Source: Candidatus Poribacteria bacterium
GTDB lineage: Bacteria; Poribacteria; WGA-4E; PCPOR2b
Length of the DNA stretch: 64,000 nt
Assembly (NCBI GenBank): GCA_965198175.1
Contig: OZ240245.1
Coordinates: 608,001-672,000, forward strand
Direction of reading: 5' to 3'
Positions within the stretch are counted from its first letter, which is position 1, and every line of letters begins with the position of its first letter. The notes beneath the pieces were generated by a model. The model had not been told where the DNA came from and made no database searches. It saw only the letters and a list, made by a program, of their open reading frames with translations. Positions 1 through 11,000 of this stretch are shown here, in pieces. The position numbers and the translations under genes are program-made.

Positions 1-1
1 C

Positions 2-385
2 AACGCAACCGTCTTTGCGCCTGTAGCGGCACACCTGATTTCGATGAGCCCCAAACTGCGGAACTCCAATCCGCATCCAGACGACCGTTACTTTCGGAGG
101 CATGAGCGGGGACGCATTTGCCCTGATGTTATCCGAAAGTTTCTCGATCAATACGAATGTCAGGTCAAATTTGTCGTCGATCAGCCCGAAGATCTCGAAG
201 AAATCCGAGCCTTGCAAACGGAAATCGCCATCTCGGCGGAAACTGTCATGCTTATGCCCCAGGGCACGACCTCCGAAGAATTGCAACCCAAACAAGAATG
301 GCTCGTGGAGGTCTGCAAGGAATACGGATATCGCTATTCGCCGAGGGTTCACGTTGATATTTGGGGGAACCAGCGCGGTGTGTGA
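2..385 (+). CDS. queE: 7-carboxy-7-deazaguanine synthase (radical SAM), 5'-truncated by window edge
   Basis: Frame open from base 2 (NATVFAPVAAHLISMSPKL). QueE-type C-terminal motifs SPKL, QVKFVV, LMPQG, RYSPRVHVDIWG. Confidence 0.85.
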   Translation, partial: NATVFAPVAAHLISMSPKLRNSNPHPDDRYFRRHERGRICPDVIRKFLDQYECQVKFVVDQPEDLEEIRALQTEIAISAETVMLMPQGTTSEELQPKQEWLVEVCKEYGYRYSPRVHVDIWGNQRGV

Positions 386-409
386 AAGCGCGAGAAAGAG
401 ACAAGCGAG

Positions 410-1525
410 ATGAAATACGATATACTGCTTAAAGGCGGAACGGTTATCGATCCCGCCCAGCAACTGCACGATCAGCGAGACGTTGCAATCGCCGAAGGGA
501 AAATTGCCGCGATTGAACGCGATATCCCAGCGAATCAGGCGAAGCAGACAGTTTTCGTTACTGAAAAATACGTTACCCCCGGCTTGGTGGATATTCATGC
601 CCACGTCTACACAGGCGTAACGACATGGGGAATCAAAGCCGACCCGGTTTGCACGACAACGGGCGTTACGACGATTGTTGATGCCGGCAGCCCAAGCTGG
701 ACGACGTTCCCCGGCTTTCGAGAATTCATTGCGCATCCTGCCCGAACCCGCATCTTGACCTACATCCACATCTCTGGAATCGGTCTGGTCTACGGTCCGG
801 TTGGCGAAATGCACGAACTCGAATACGCGGACCCCGGCGAGGTCGCTGAGACGCTGATGCGAAACCCGGACATCACAATCGGTGTTAAGGTACGTCAGGC
901 TAAGGAGCAGGTCGGCGATAACGGCGTCGAACCGTTGAAGCTGGCGATTAAAGCGGCGGAGCTAGCAGGTACACCCGTGATGTGTCACATCGGCGCCGGC
1001 GTCCCGCTGCCTGATGTGCTGAAACTGATGCGTCCCGGCGATGTGATTACCCACTGTTTTCAAGGTCGCGGCGATAGTATTATTGATGACAAAGGGCGCG
1101 TCATTCCTGAGGCATGGTCCGCACGAGACGATGGCGTAATCTTCGATGTGGGGCACGGCATGGGGAGTTTTTGCTACGAAGTCGCACAACGCGCCATGGA
1201 ACAGGGGTTTATCTCGGATGTAATCAGCACGGACTTGCATACAGGGAACATCAACGGACCGGTTTACGATCTGCCAACGACATTGTCCAAATTTCTGCAT
1301 CTCGGGCTTTCTCTTGAAGAGGTGCTTGAGAAATCAACCATCGCGGCGGCAAAAGCGGTTCGGCGGGAGGCTGAACTCGGACATCTAACAATTGGAACGG
1401 TCGCCGATGTCGCAGTTTTTGACTGTATCTCTGGTGAATTTGAGTTTCGTGACACACACGGCACGGTGTTCGTCGGGGACCAGAAACTGCAACCCTACTT
1501 AACGATTCGAGAAGGGAAGTTGTAG
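410..1525 (+). CDS. Amidohydrolase/deacetylase family metallohydrolase (dihydroorotase-like)
   Basis: PGLVDIHAH (HxH), GVKVR (carbamylated Lys position), MCHIG, THCF, DVGHG, ISTDLH. Confidence 0.85.
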   Translation: MKYDILLKGGTVIDPAQQLHDQRDVAIAEGKIAAIERDIPANQAKQTVFVTEKYVTPGLVDIHAHVYTGVTTWGIKADPVCTTTGVTTIVDAGSPSWTTFPGFREFIAHPARTRILTYIHISGIGLVYGPVGEMHELEYADPGEVAETLMRNPDITIGVKVRQAKEQVGDNGVEPLKLAIKAAELAGTPVMCHIGAGVPLPDVLKLMRPGDVITHCFQGRGDSIIDDKGRVIPEAWSARDDGVIFDVGHGMGSFCYEVAQRAMEQGFISDVISTDLHTGNINGPVYDLPTTLSKFLHLGLSLEEVLEKSTIAAAKAVRREAELGHLTIGTVADVAVFDCISGEFEFRDTHGTVFVGDQKLQPYLTIREGKL

Positions 1526-1528
1526 CGC

Positions 1529-1921
1529 ATGGCGCGGACCGATAGGCTAAAGGGTTGTTACCGGCGGGTTATAGGTTTTTTGCTGGTTGTTGCGCTGATA
1601 ATTCTAGCGGCGGGAATTTTCGTCTACATGCGACTCGGCGGCGTTGAAGGCGCGCGATACTGGATGGCGGAACGCGCGCTGAACAAGGTCGAGGAGCATT
1701 TGTTGAAGAATCGCCCAGATGGGGTCTCGGAGACGGAGGTTCGTTCGCAATTTCAGAGTGTCCGTTTGGCAAACGCGGATCGGCGAACCAATCTCATCCG
1801 TCTCTATCGGGCTCTGAAAGCGTACCAAAACAAATTTCACGGCACAAAACCCTCAACGGGCGAGACGATAGAGTTTCTCAGTAATCTTGAATCGGCAATC
1901 TCACCAGAGGATAAAAGGTAA
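1529..1921 (+). CDS. Hypothetical protein with N-terminal TM anchor
   Basis: 130-aa ORF starting 3 bp after the upstream stop; one hydrophobic segment (VIGFLLVVALIILAAGIFVY). Confidence 0.7.
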   Translation: MARTDRLKGCYRRVIGFLLVVALIILAAGIFVYMRLGGVEGARYWMAERALNKVEEHLLKNRPDGVSETEVRSQFQSVRLANADRRTNLIRLYRALKAYQNKFHGTKPSTGETIEFLSNLESAISPEDKR

Positions 1922-2056
1922 TATCGCTTCAAATTTTCAATGGGACTATCGCCGCAACCTTCGGTTACGAAGGGGTCTGCCTCAATCTTTAGCGCACAGA
2001 AACCGATCGGCTTGATATTGTCCTTTGGTGGGCATGATACCGGACCTCAGCGAAGC

Positions 2057-2851
2057 ATGACGAACGAAACCGAACTCACGCAAGCAGAACGCTTTTTCTT
2101 CGATAACAACGGCTACCTCGTGCTGGAAGGTTTGCTGGGGGGAAACCTTGTCGCGCAGCTGCTGGAAACACTCCATCGTACGGTTGCGCGGAGGCGGGTG
2201 CTTCAGGAACGCGAGATTCCGCACACAGGGATGACCGATATTCAGGGTGATAACACACGCATCTTCTACATTCTGGACGACGACCCTCTGTTTCTGGACC
2301 TGCTCGATTATCCGGCGATTTTTCCTTACGTCACGGGACTGCTCAATGAACAGCCACATCATCACGCCTCCGACGCAATCGTTGAGTATGGCGCGAAGGA
2401 ACGCGGGATGGGTTGGCATAGAGATGGTCGGGACAATGGGTTCCGTAAGCTGGGTTCCCCAATTCCCCTGCTACAGCTAAAAATCGGATACTATCTGACC
2501 GACATGACTGAGCCGGGGCGCAGCAACCTATGTGTTGTCCCCGGCAGCCACAAAGCGCTGCATGAGCCCGATTCAGCGTCGCTTCAACGAAAAGACCTAT
2601 TTCCCGGCGCCGTACAAATCTGTGCGCCAGCCGGGAGTGCCATCCTTTTCCATAACGCGCTTTGGCATTCTGCGGGTCCATGGACGCAGGACGATGGAGC
2701 GCGAATTATGCTATACTACGCCTATGAACACCCCTGGATGATCGCCTCTCCAGAACATTGGGGCTACAACAAGAGCTTCTACAACCGCTTGACTACGGAG
2801 CGTCGCAAACTGTTTCACGGGTTTTTGTTTGACCCGCCGGAGCACCGCTAG
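2057..2851 (+). CDS. Phytanoyl-CoA dioxygenase (PhyH) family Fe(II)/2OG dioxygenase
   Basis: FFDNNGYLVL N-terminus, WHRD (HxD), VVPGSH, LWHSA distal His. Start moved to the internal ATG (MTNETEL). Confidence 0.85.
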   Translation: MTNETELTQAERFFFDNNGYLVLEGLLGGNLVAQLLETLHRTVARRRVLQEREIPHTGMTDIQGDNTRIFYILDDDPLFLDLLDYPAIFPYVTGLLNEQPHHHASDAIVEYGAKERGMGWHRDGRDNGFRKLGSPIPLLQLKIGYYLTDMTEPGRSNLCVVPGSHKALHEPDSASLQRKDLFPGAVQICAPAGSAILFHNALWHSAGPWTQDDGARIMLYYAYEHPWMIASPEHWGYNKSFYNRLTTERRKLFHGFLFDPPEHR

Positions 2852-2883
2852 GGATAGGATAGAATCACTGGGATTAACAGCTA

Positions 2884-3615
2884 TTGATTGATAAAGTGAT
2901 CGCACAAGTCCTGTACAGGTTATCGTATCTGTTTGGAGAGGGACCGATGACGCTCCAAGACGTTCGCTGGCTTATCAATCGTTTCCGCTCTGCCCCCTTC
3001 CGAGACCAACTCAAGATTTGGGCGCGTCTGATATGTCTACAACCTATCTTGAAGGCGATAGATGAACACGTTCCGGTCGCATCGGAGCGGTTAGTCGATT
3101 TGGGATCAGGGTATGGGATAGTTAGCTTAATCATGGGGTTGCGCCGAAACACAACGATACTCGGCATTGAAGCGTCCCCTCTACGTTTTGCAATCACGAA
3201 ACAAGCGGCTCGCAATCTGGGACAAGTAACTTTTCAGCGTGGCGATGTCGCGCAGATACCGGTACCGTCAGGTGATGTACTCCTGTTAATCGATATTCTA
3301 TCCTTTTTTCCCGATGAAACCCAACGACACATTCTGACCACCTGTGCCGATTCGCTCAGCCCCCGTGGAATTCTATTGATTAAGGATAACACGACAGTGC
3401 CGCGGTGGAAGTATCGTTATGTGAACTTCGAGGAGAGAATCAAGCGAACGATTGGCGTGTATGGGGTATCGACGCAAATCCGACCGAACCACCATCCACC
3501 TCAGTTGTGGCGGCAACTGATTCGCTGCGCCAACCTAAAGATCTGTGATGAGATTCTAATCGATTCAGTCGTTCCCTATCCGGGGATTATCTATGTTTGC
3601 CAGAAGACGGGTTGA
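2884..3615 (+). CDS. Class I SAM-dependent methyltransferase
   Basis: LVDLGSGYG motif I, GIE motif II, LSPRGILLI. Start uncertain. Confidence 0.75.
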   Translation: MIDKVIAQVLYRLSYLFGEGPMTLQDVRWLINRFRSAPFRDQLKIWARLICLQPILKAIDEHVPVASERLVDLGSGYGIVSLIMGLRRNTTILGIEASPLRFAITKQAARNLGQVTFQRGDVAQIPVPSGDVLLLIDILSFFPDETQRHILTTCADSLSPRGILLIKDNTTVPRWKYRYVNFEERIKRTIGVYGVSTQIRPNHHPPQLWRQLIRCANLKICDEILIDSVVPYPGIIYVCQKTG

Positions 3616-3703
3616 AATTGTGTGGATCGGGGTGCTATCGGTAACGTGTGTCCCCGATTCTGAGACAGATGCGGCGCAGCGGTCTATTGTGCATTTGTTG
3701 CTT

Positions 3704-4804
3704 TCATAGCTGCCAATTGTTGTTCTTGGCGGCAGCCGCTCGCCACGCAGCGACAATGCCCCGAAGTTGTGCGGTGTATGGATTGTTGCTCAGAGGTGAA
3801 TCCGCGAGGAGATCTATCGCCTTTCGTAATCTCGGTTTTGCATCGCCCCACGCCTGCAAGGTGGATTTGCTCTCTTCACGCTCCGGTTGAGCGGTTGCCT
3901 GCAAGAGTCGATAAACGATGGATAGGTAAAATAGCATGTTGTGGTAATCGACTCGAGTCTCGGTTTCGTCCGCACCCCGCGGCGCCATGTGGCACCTATA
4001 TTCGCCGACAACCTCGCGATTTATGGTGCTGACAAAATTTCCATTCGACCGGTGCGCCCCCAGACTATTGAAGGTTTGAACGAGACGCCTCTCGCCCCAA
4101 TCCCAACCCACGCTCGCAAAATCGATGAAAGTCGGTCTATCCCCGTCAATCACCACGTTCCGCGCGTTGTAATCCAGGTTTCCCAACCTCGCCGCCGCAC
4201 CATGCAGACAATTCGACATATCCTCCCAAATCTCGTCAACTATCGCCTGCTCATCTGGACGCATCGGTTCTCCGTTCAGCCATGCTAGATAATTCATCGT
4301 GCTTCTGCCCCGGTCCAGTATCGCGTCTAGCGTCTGATGTAGGGGGTAACCCAATGGATAGATGTAAGGTTGGATGACCTCCGTACAGTCGGCAAACCCC
4401 AATTCTAGGCGACAGAATTCCTGAACGACGTTGTGCGTGATTGGCTTGAGAGTGTCGGCGGGCGACTCTTGAGCGAGATCGTCAAGCGTTTTTTCGCCGC
4501 ACCCTTCCAACAGCAGCATCGAATCGTCCTCAGACTTCCAAACAATCTGAGGGACGCGGCAGCCCGCCCGATGTAAAATCGGGAGCACCGCAGTCTCAAT
4601 CTGAAATGGGGAAAAAGCAGATTTCCCAATCGGGTGAGCGATGAGATGCTGTTTGAGAATATAGCCCTTCTCCAGCGTGTTCAACCGCCAGACGTTGTTC
4701 CGTTCGTGCGTGCCGTGCCAGATGGGGGTTATCTGAAACCTGTCTGGATTGATGCGGAGATAATCGGCAATCTGTTTGATTATTGCGGAGAATTCAGAGG
4801 ACAA
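3704..4804 (-). CDS. Aminoglycoside-phosphotransferase/choline-kinase-like protein
   Basis: YILKQ (ATP Lys), NLDYNARNV (Brenner-like DxxxxN), FIDF. Confidence 0.7.
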   Translation of the reverse strand: MSSEFSAIIKQIADYLRINPDRFQITPIWHGTHERNNVWRLNTLEKGYILKQHLIAHPIGKSAFSPFQIETAVLPILHRAGCRVPQIVWKSEDDSMLLLEGCGEKTLDDLAQESPADTLKPITHNVVQEFCRLELGFADCTEVIQPYIYPLGYPLHQTLDAILDRGRSTMNYLAWLNGEPMRPDEQAIVDEIWEDMSNCLHGAAARLGNLDYNARNVVIDGDRPTFIDFASVGWDWGERRLVQTFNSLGAHRSNGNFVSTINREVVGEYRCHMAPRGADETETRVDYHNMLFYLSIVYRLLQATAQPEREESKSTLQAWGDAKPRLRKAIDLLADSPLSNNPYTAQLRGIVAAWRAAAAKNNNWQL

Positions 4805-4843
4805 GGCTAATCTATCGGAGGCAATCTACGAAAGCTCTCCTCA

Positions 4844-4944
4844 GTAGGTTGGGTTGAACGGAAAAAAGCAAATCCCTACAAAAGGAAACCAAAGTGCTGC
4901 TATTCAACGTTAGTGTTGTGTAGATAGAGTTAAACGCAACCTAC
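4844..4944. repeat. GTAG-family REP-like element (GTAGGTTGGGTTGAACG...AACGCAACCTAC)
   Basis: Inverted ends. The same GTAGGTTGGGT head recurs at 6827, 7558 and 7732. Confidence 0.7.
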
Positions 4945-5205
4945 GTGCTGAACTTGTGGATGCTTACGAAAGTTCTCCCCTTACTAAGGAAATGAGGTGC
5001 GGTGCAAAGCGCCGCAAAGGAGGTTCTTTATACCGATATATTATGGAGTTGAACAGAATCTATTTGGCGGTAAAATCGGCGGTTAATTTTGCTATGTTCA
5101 TTTAGATGAAATTTTTTCTTCCAATTTCTTTCGATTTGTGGTAGAATTCTCGGCTTAGCGAAACCGATAACAACAGATTTCGCTTTTTTCAGAATAGGAG
5201 AACGT

Positions 5206-5682
5206 ATGAAACATAAGATAGAATCGTGGATGATTTGCGCGATGGCGATTTTCTTGCTCTGCGGACTCGTTGTCGCAAGCGTTAAAATCTACCAAGCCGA
5301 TTTAGAGCGCCAAGAAACTTCCCCAGAAGAGATTGATGCGAAAGCACGGTTGCAAGAATACGACACCATCATCCTTCTAGAACCCGACAATGCAGATGTC
5401 TACGTCAGTCGGGGTATCGTGAAGGCGACGTTAAAACAATACGACGCTGCCATCGTAGACTACGACACCGCTATCCAACTTAATCCAGATGACGCTTTAG
5501 CGTACCTCCATCGGGGGGTAACGAGGTTTGAGTGGGGCAAACGCACAAGGGATGCGCACCGTAACCTCGCCTCACTTGATGACTACGAAACCGCATTGGC
5601 ACTCGCCGAAAAGGCAGATGATACAGAACTCACCGACCTAATTTCGCAAATTGGGAGTGAGGTCTGGGGCTGGGAGAACTAA
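5206..5682 (+). CDS. Tetratricopeptide repeat protein with N-terminal TM/signal segment
   Basis: TPR consensus (ADVYVSRG...YDAAIVDYDTAIQLNPDDALAYLHRG); RBS AGGAG upstream. Confidence 0.8.
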   Translation: MKHKIESWMICAMAIFLLCGLVVASVKIYQADLERQETSPEEIDAKARLQEYDTIILLEPDNADVYVSRGIVKATLKQYDAAIVDYDTAIQLNPDDALAYLHRGVTRFEWGKRTRDAHRNLASLDDYETALALAEKADDTELTDLISQIGSEVWGWEN

Positions 5683-5742
5683 TCTCCCCGCTCGTTAAAC
5701 CAGAAACCTATGACAGCCCCCACCTTCGCGTGTAATAGCACA

Positions 5743-6321
5743 TCACTGTGACTCTACCAACGCAATTCCCCCGCAACCAATCCGTGCACCCGCAGCCCCC
5801 GACGGTTGTGACGTAAAATCGTCCGCGCCAGCATGGACGATAACGCCTTTCCCGACAATATCACGGATGGAACCGGTGCCCATTTCCCATTGGTCTGTCG
5901 TTAGTTCAATTTTGGCGGTGCCATCTTCACCGACCGTCATATTGCCGATGTCTCCGAGGTGAAATTCACCTTCTCCCCATTTTCCGTGCGGTACGTCTGT
6001 GGGATTCCAATGCCCGCCTGCCGACTTCCCGTCGGGCGAACTACAATCGCCGCTCTCGTGGATATGAACAGCGTGAACCCCCGGCGCCGCGTGCTGAATC
6101 TCAACGGTGAGGGTGATTGTATCGCCGCTCTGTTTGAAAACCGCAGTACCAGTCACCTCACTTCCGCTCGCCGAACCAATCGTGGCGGTCGCCTGTTTTG
6201 ACGGCGTCGAAGAGGTCCCTTTCTTCTGTTTTGCATCGCAACTCACCAAAACAATCGAAACCCCAACCAGCAGAGATACAGTTGAGGCGATCCTTCCAAA
6301 AGCTACGAAACGCTTTTTCAT
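5743..6321 (-). CDS. sodC: Cu/Zn superoxide dismutase family lipoprotein
   Basis: HAVHIH, GGHWNP, HLGDIGN, IVHAGADD, RIGCG. Lipobox LVSC. Start MKKRF follows GGAGG. Confidence 0.9.
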   Translation of the reverse strand: MKKRFVAFGRIASTVSLLVGVSIVLVSCDAKQKKGTSSTPSKQATATIGSASGSEVTGTAVFKQSGDTITLTVEIQHAAPGVHAVHIHESGDCSSPDGKSAGGHWNPTDVPHGKWGEGEFHLGDIGNMTVGEDGTAKIELTTDQWEMGTGSIRDIVGKGVIVHAGADDFTSQPSGAAGARIGCGGIALVESQ

Positions 6322-6773
6322 CCTTAAATCCTCCATGTTATAAATTGAAATGTCGAAGAACATGTTAATTTCTCGTTATTATAGCACAAAGCTGTTGAAT
6401 CTGTCGAAACAAGTGATGCAGGCGTCAAACTACATTCTTTCCCTTGCTAAGGGCTATCAACTGACCGATTAGGGACGGATCAACCCTACCGACATTACTT
6501 GATGTGGTGAATGATGTTGTAGGGCAGAAAATTACAGTTTTTACAGTCTATAAAAAAAGGGGGAAATTCGCGGTAGGTGGAGCGGTGGCTGTCTGAACTG
6601 TGATTTGTATGATTGAGTGATGGACTATGATTAAGGGAGCACACAGGCGTTCGGTGTTGGCAGGGAAGGTGATTGGCTGTTGCTGAAGTAGCAAGAATTA
6701 CTGGATATCGTTACATGATTCAGGTCATTTATGCACTAGCATCTTAAAGAAATGGTATAAGAACTCTATGCAG

Positions 6774-6805
6774 AACTATCGTGCTCACTATTCGTTAGCT
6801 TGATC
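6774..6805. repeat. Half copy of the 79-bp GATC palindrome family
   Basis: AACTATCGTGCTCACTATTCGTTAGCTTGATC matches the right arm of the copy at 53475-53553. Confidence 0.7.
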
Positions 6806-6826
6806 GCTCAGTTTATCTCAGCTCTT

Positions 6827-6927
6827 GTAGGTTGGGTAGAGCGGGTTCGGCAGGGGGTGCCTCATAGCGAGGGGTGGTTTCAGGGGGGAAATGGCTTGGA
6901 AGTTATCTTCGTGCAGCGAAACCCAAC
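6827..6927. repeat. GTAG-family REP-like element
   Basis: GTAGGTTGGGTAGAGCGG...GCGAAACCCAAC. Confidence 0.65.
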
Positions 6928-7557
6928 GCTTTTCAACCCTCCGCAAGAGTGCTCGGCATGGCAGTTGGTGAAAACGTACCTAAAATCAGTTGTAAAAAGG
7001 GTTGCGAATGCGCGGGTGGAAATCGTAGATTTTAACAATAGGGATATTGCAACTTTAAAGCAATTCAAAAATTTCATAGTTTTCATAGTTTCGCGTAGTT
7101 CTGATTCAGAACTGATTTAGAGAGAAAACAGGCGACAATCCAGTCGTGGTCGGATCTTCGCGCGGTTTTCATCGGACATGACACGGCACCTAACTATGAA
7201 AAATTCAAATTTTACTAAAAAATGAGGTGGAAAAATGGCGGCAGAAAAGTCGAAGACTACACTGAAGGCGGCACTTTGTTGGGGTTCTGGAGAAGTTAGC
7301 CCTTGCACTTAAGGCGCCCGAACAGAAGACCGATGGCAATGGAGCAAATGCCTTGCCTGCGCCGAATGGTAATGACGGGGATAATGCAGACTGAAACGAT
7401 TGCAGCGACGGATAGCGGGATGGAAGCGCACAGAGTGTCTGTACGGTAATTTTATCCTGACTACTTAATATATGTATAGTATATTTGGGTCAAAGGCGTT
7501 AATTGTGCCAGCGAGTGGGGGAAATGGGCGATTCACTATTTGGGAGTTTCAGGTTTT

Positions 7558-7659
7558 GTAGGTTGGGTTGAGCGGTGTTGGTTTAACACGGGGATAATTA
7601 CGAAAGGGTTTCGTTCGGTTGATTGCGTTCGTGACTTGTTAGGTGTAGCGTAACCCAAC
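7558..7659. repeat. GTAG-family REP-like element
   Basis: GTAGGTTGGGTTGAGCGG...GCGTAACCCAAC. Confidence 0.65.
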
Positions 7660-7698
7660 GGTCAAGCGACCGAACAGGGAGCGCGATAGTCTTTCATT

Positions 7699-7777
7699 CC
7701 CCTCCTTACCAAGGAGGGGTTAGGGGAGGTTGTAGGTTGGGTTGAGCCACTGGCAAAACCCAAACAATCAACCCTAC
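7699..7777. repeat. Hairpin CCCCTCCTT-ACC-AAGGAGGGG followed by a short GTAG REP-like element
   Basis: Perfect 9-bp stem at 7699-7719; GTAGGTTGGGTTGAGC...AACCCTAC at 7732-7777. Confidence 0.65.
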
Positions 7778-7789
7778 TTACACCACTGG

Positions 7790-7949
7790 ATGTCACAAAA
7801 TCTCACACCATGTCACATTTTGTGAGGTGTTGTGTGATGAGAATAACGGTCGTGTGAGATCCGCTGAAATTCGCTGAAATTCGCTTGTGATGCGGGTTCG
7901 GAGGCGTTTCAGTCTTGTGAGATATCAACGAATGTCACAAAACCTCACA
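7790..7949. repeat. Array of ten TCACA/TGTGA pentamers bounded by a direct repeat ATGTCACAAAA(T/C)CTCACA
   Basis: Pentamers at 7793, 7803, 7813, 7821, 7833, 7853, 7886, 7916, 7935 and 7945, plus an internal tandem CGCTGAAATT x2. Confidence 0.7.
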
Positions 7950-8031
7950 TATTTTTGGATTTTTGGTCTGAATGAGCGAAATTGAGTGCGTTGGGTTGAA
8001 CGAAACCGACCAAAAACACCGTGCATTACGC

Positions 8032-11000
8032 TTAACTTTCGGACTTCGATTCCACATGAAACTTCAGTTTGTCCGTCACCGTGCGAAGTGCGTCGTTTAT
8101 CTTTTCCAACACCTTCCTTGATGGGGTTTCCCCTTCAGCAGTAACAACGAGCCGAAATTCAAACTCAAGCTCAGGTGCGATTTCGGAAAGGTCGCTAATG
8201 GTATTAGCGAAATCCTGAATTTGAGTTTCAGTGAGGCGCGATTCAGCATGACCTACCCATAATGGGAGCCGTACCGGCATTTGATAAAAGTCGTTGACCG
8301 ACGGACCGTCCGCGATGATTAGTTTGTTTTTTAGTGCTTGCTCGACCGCATAGCGAAAGACACCATCGGAAATGGGAACACCTTTCTTGGATTCGAGCGT
8401 GTCTTTTATCCATCCAAGTGTGACATAACCAGAACTATCGGGTGGATTTTGCATCACCGCAACAATCTCGGCGGCATCTAGAATCATAGGCGCTTCCGAA
8501 ACTTTTAAACCAATCTTGTCAGCATTGTCGGCATCACAGGGCCAAGCGCGACTGCTGTCGGCGATTTCAAAGAGTTTCTTATCCAAACCGTCGTTAACAA
8601 CATCGACAATCAACGTCCACGGAATCGGACCTCCTCGACGTTTGGCGAGTGCAACCATCACCTTACCGACAGACGAAGTGTTCCCATCCCACGCCTCGGA
8701 CAGCGTATGTTGGCTGATTTCCGAACCGCGGATGGGTTCTGGCGGGGCGAGCAACTCCAAATCATCATGAATTTCGGAATCAGGCACCCCTTCCTTATAA
8801 TAAGCGTTGCCCCGGCTGCGTCCCATCAGTAAACCCGCCTCAATTGCCGATTTCACCGCGCCTAACAGAATCGCGTCGGACGCGAGTTTAGGAACGTCGT
8901 CTCGCTCGAAGAATTCCCGAATTCCACCTACCGTTATCGGAATATTATCGCTTTGCCACAGTTCCGGTAATTCCCCAGGACGCAATAATTCGGGTCTAAG
9001 ATTGTGGAGTTCTGCGTGTTCAACCGGAACGATTTCTAAATCTCTTTTTGCGAGATCTTCAGCGGAAGGTGATTGGCGCCAGAATGTGCGCTGAGAGCCG
9101 TCTGATCGAACGTCGCGAAGAACAATTCGTCCTGCTGTAATGCCGCGTTGAAGTGTTTCGTCGAATACCTTCCGTCCCAACAATCTAGGCAGCCGGGGAA
9201 GGCTGGCAAACATGCGATACAGTCCTTGGACAGGCTTTGAGGTTTCATCTGCTCCCCACAGTTCAAAGAAGCTGTCCGGCGTTAGCAGGTCCGGGTCAAG
9301 CGAAGTTGTCAGCAAACGTTCTGCTTCTACCAAAAAGGTTTTTATTCGTTCAAACGGTGATGCTGGTCCCGGTGGTAACAGATGTCCTATAATTTTACCC
9401 GCCTCGTCAATCGCAATCAGAACACTATATGTCAATTTGATGGAATCTGCGATGCCGGCTTCATCATCCCGCTTGCGTTGTAGTAGCAGTGCTTTTTGTG
9501 GTTCGCTCAAGAGGTTTACCTCATCGCCGCTTTCGATTCCCGCCCAACCAAGAATCTTGCGAATTCGCTGGCGCAATCCTGCCAATCGCGCGTTATCAGG
9601 GGCAAGCATGATGATGTTGTTACGGTAAGTCCTATCGAAAAAGGGTTTGAGGGACGGGGGGACATCCGCGCCGGGTACTGCGGGAGACTCGGGACCAACA
9701 ATCACATAGTGGAGATCGGGATTGTCGGAAATATCGGCGGATGAATCGGGCAACACGTGAACGACCACGTCAGAAGTATTCTCACCGAGTCTGGTATTTC
9801 TTATCCGCTGTATCAAATCGTCGTTGATTCGGTCTTCTGTCAGTCGCGCCATTGCCCGAGCGTGCATGCTGGTGAGATTGGGTGTTATCCCTAGACTCCA
9901 AATGCTCTGGTCCTCTTTGAGAAACCAGGAAACCTCCCGCCACTCAGCAAGTCCATCCTCCACCGACATCTTGTCGATATCCGGGTGTGCAAGCAGAGGA
10001 TAGAGGTCTGTCAGATCTGCTTTCTGTCCAAGTGGTTGTGAATGCAGAAAGGTAGAAAGCACCGATGCTTCTATTTCTCGGGATTTGAGCAGGGGGAAAC
10101 CTCTCTGAATCTCGCGGGCTTTTTGAAGTTCGCCGGCGAGAATTGGTGTCCACTGATTGCCCTCTTCGCACGCTTCAATCAGTTCACCCACCGCATCAGA
10201 GAGTTCATCCTCCGTTCCAATTAACGCACTCGGTCCGACAAACGGAGCCGGGTCTTTCCCATCGGACGCCCTCAAGGCGGTTGCAAATGTCCGAAGGACG
10301 CCACGCGTCCGTTGGAATTTAGTCAGTTGCGTCCACTTCTGATAGAAAACATTGAGCAGATCCGGGTGAAATGGATAAGATTCCAAGAGTTGATCGTATG
10401 CGGCCCGATCTTTCTGCGAATCCCGCAGGGGCAGTCTTTGCATCGCTCCAGTAAGGCTGTCTACGATAGCACGACGTGTTGTCTCAGGTGGGATAGATTC
10501 AAATAACCGCCGTCTAAGCAATTCTGAAATGTCTTCCCGCGACACCGGTTCAACCGTTTCTTCGACGCGTCGGAACACACTCTCCACCGCACTTAAAACT
10601 TGGGCACCGGTTGAATCGCCCGACACCACATCGGACGTAATGAGGCTAGCAACAATTGCGGTTCCTTCCGTCCTGCTAACCGCTTGTGTGAGTAGTTGGA
10701 AAAAATCCTGAAGAATTCCCAATCGCCTCGGATCATCGTTAACCGCACTACGCATATATAGGAGGGTTTCATCAATTAGAATAAGTGTGGATAACCCCGC
10801 TGCTTGCGGTGCTTTCAGGAGTTCAACAAGGAGGGGTTCAGCGGGTGTGACATAACCGGCTTCATGCTCAGCGACCTTTGCCAGTCCTTCATCCCCTGCC
10901 AACTGATAAGCCAACGCACCCCACGGTGTATTGACTTGTCGTGGCGTACCTTCAGGACTGAATACCGAAAGTCCCGCTCTCACGTCAAATTTATCGAACG

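Noticed and set aside
6800..7308. ORFs 6800-7120, 6880-7086 and 7117-7308
   Set aside because: They overlap or adjoin REP-like repeats and have no recognisable motifs or RBS.
7790..7949. TCACA array as a CRISPR array or a single CRP site
   Set aside because: The repeats are too short and irregular for CRISPR, and no TGTGA-N6-TCACA spacing was found.
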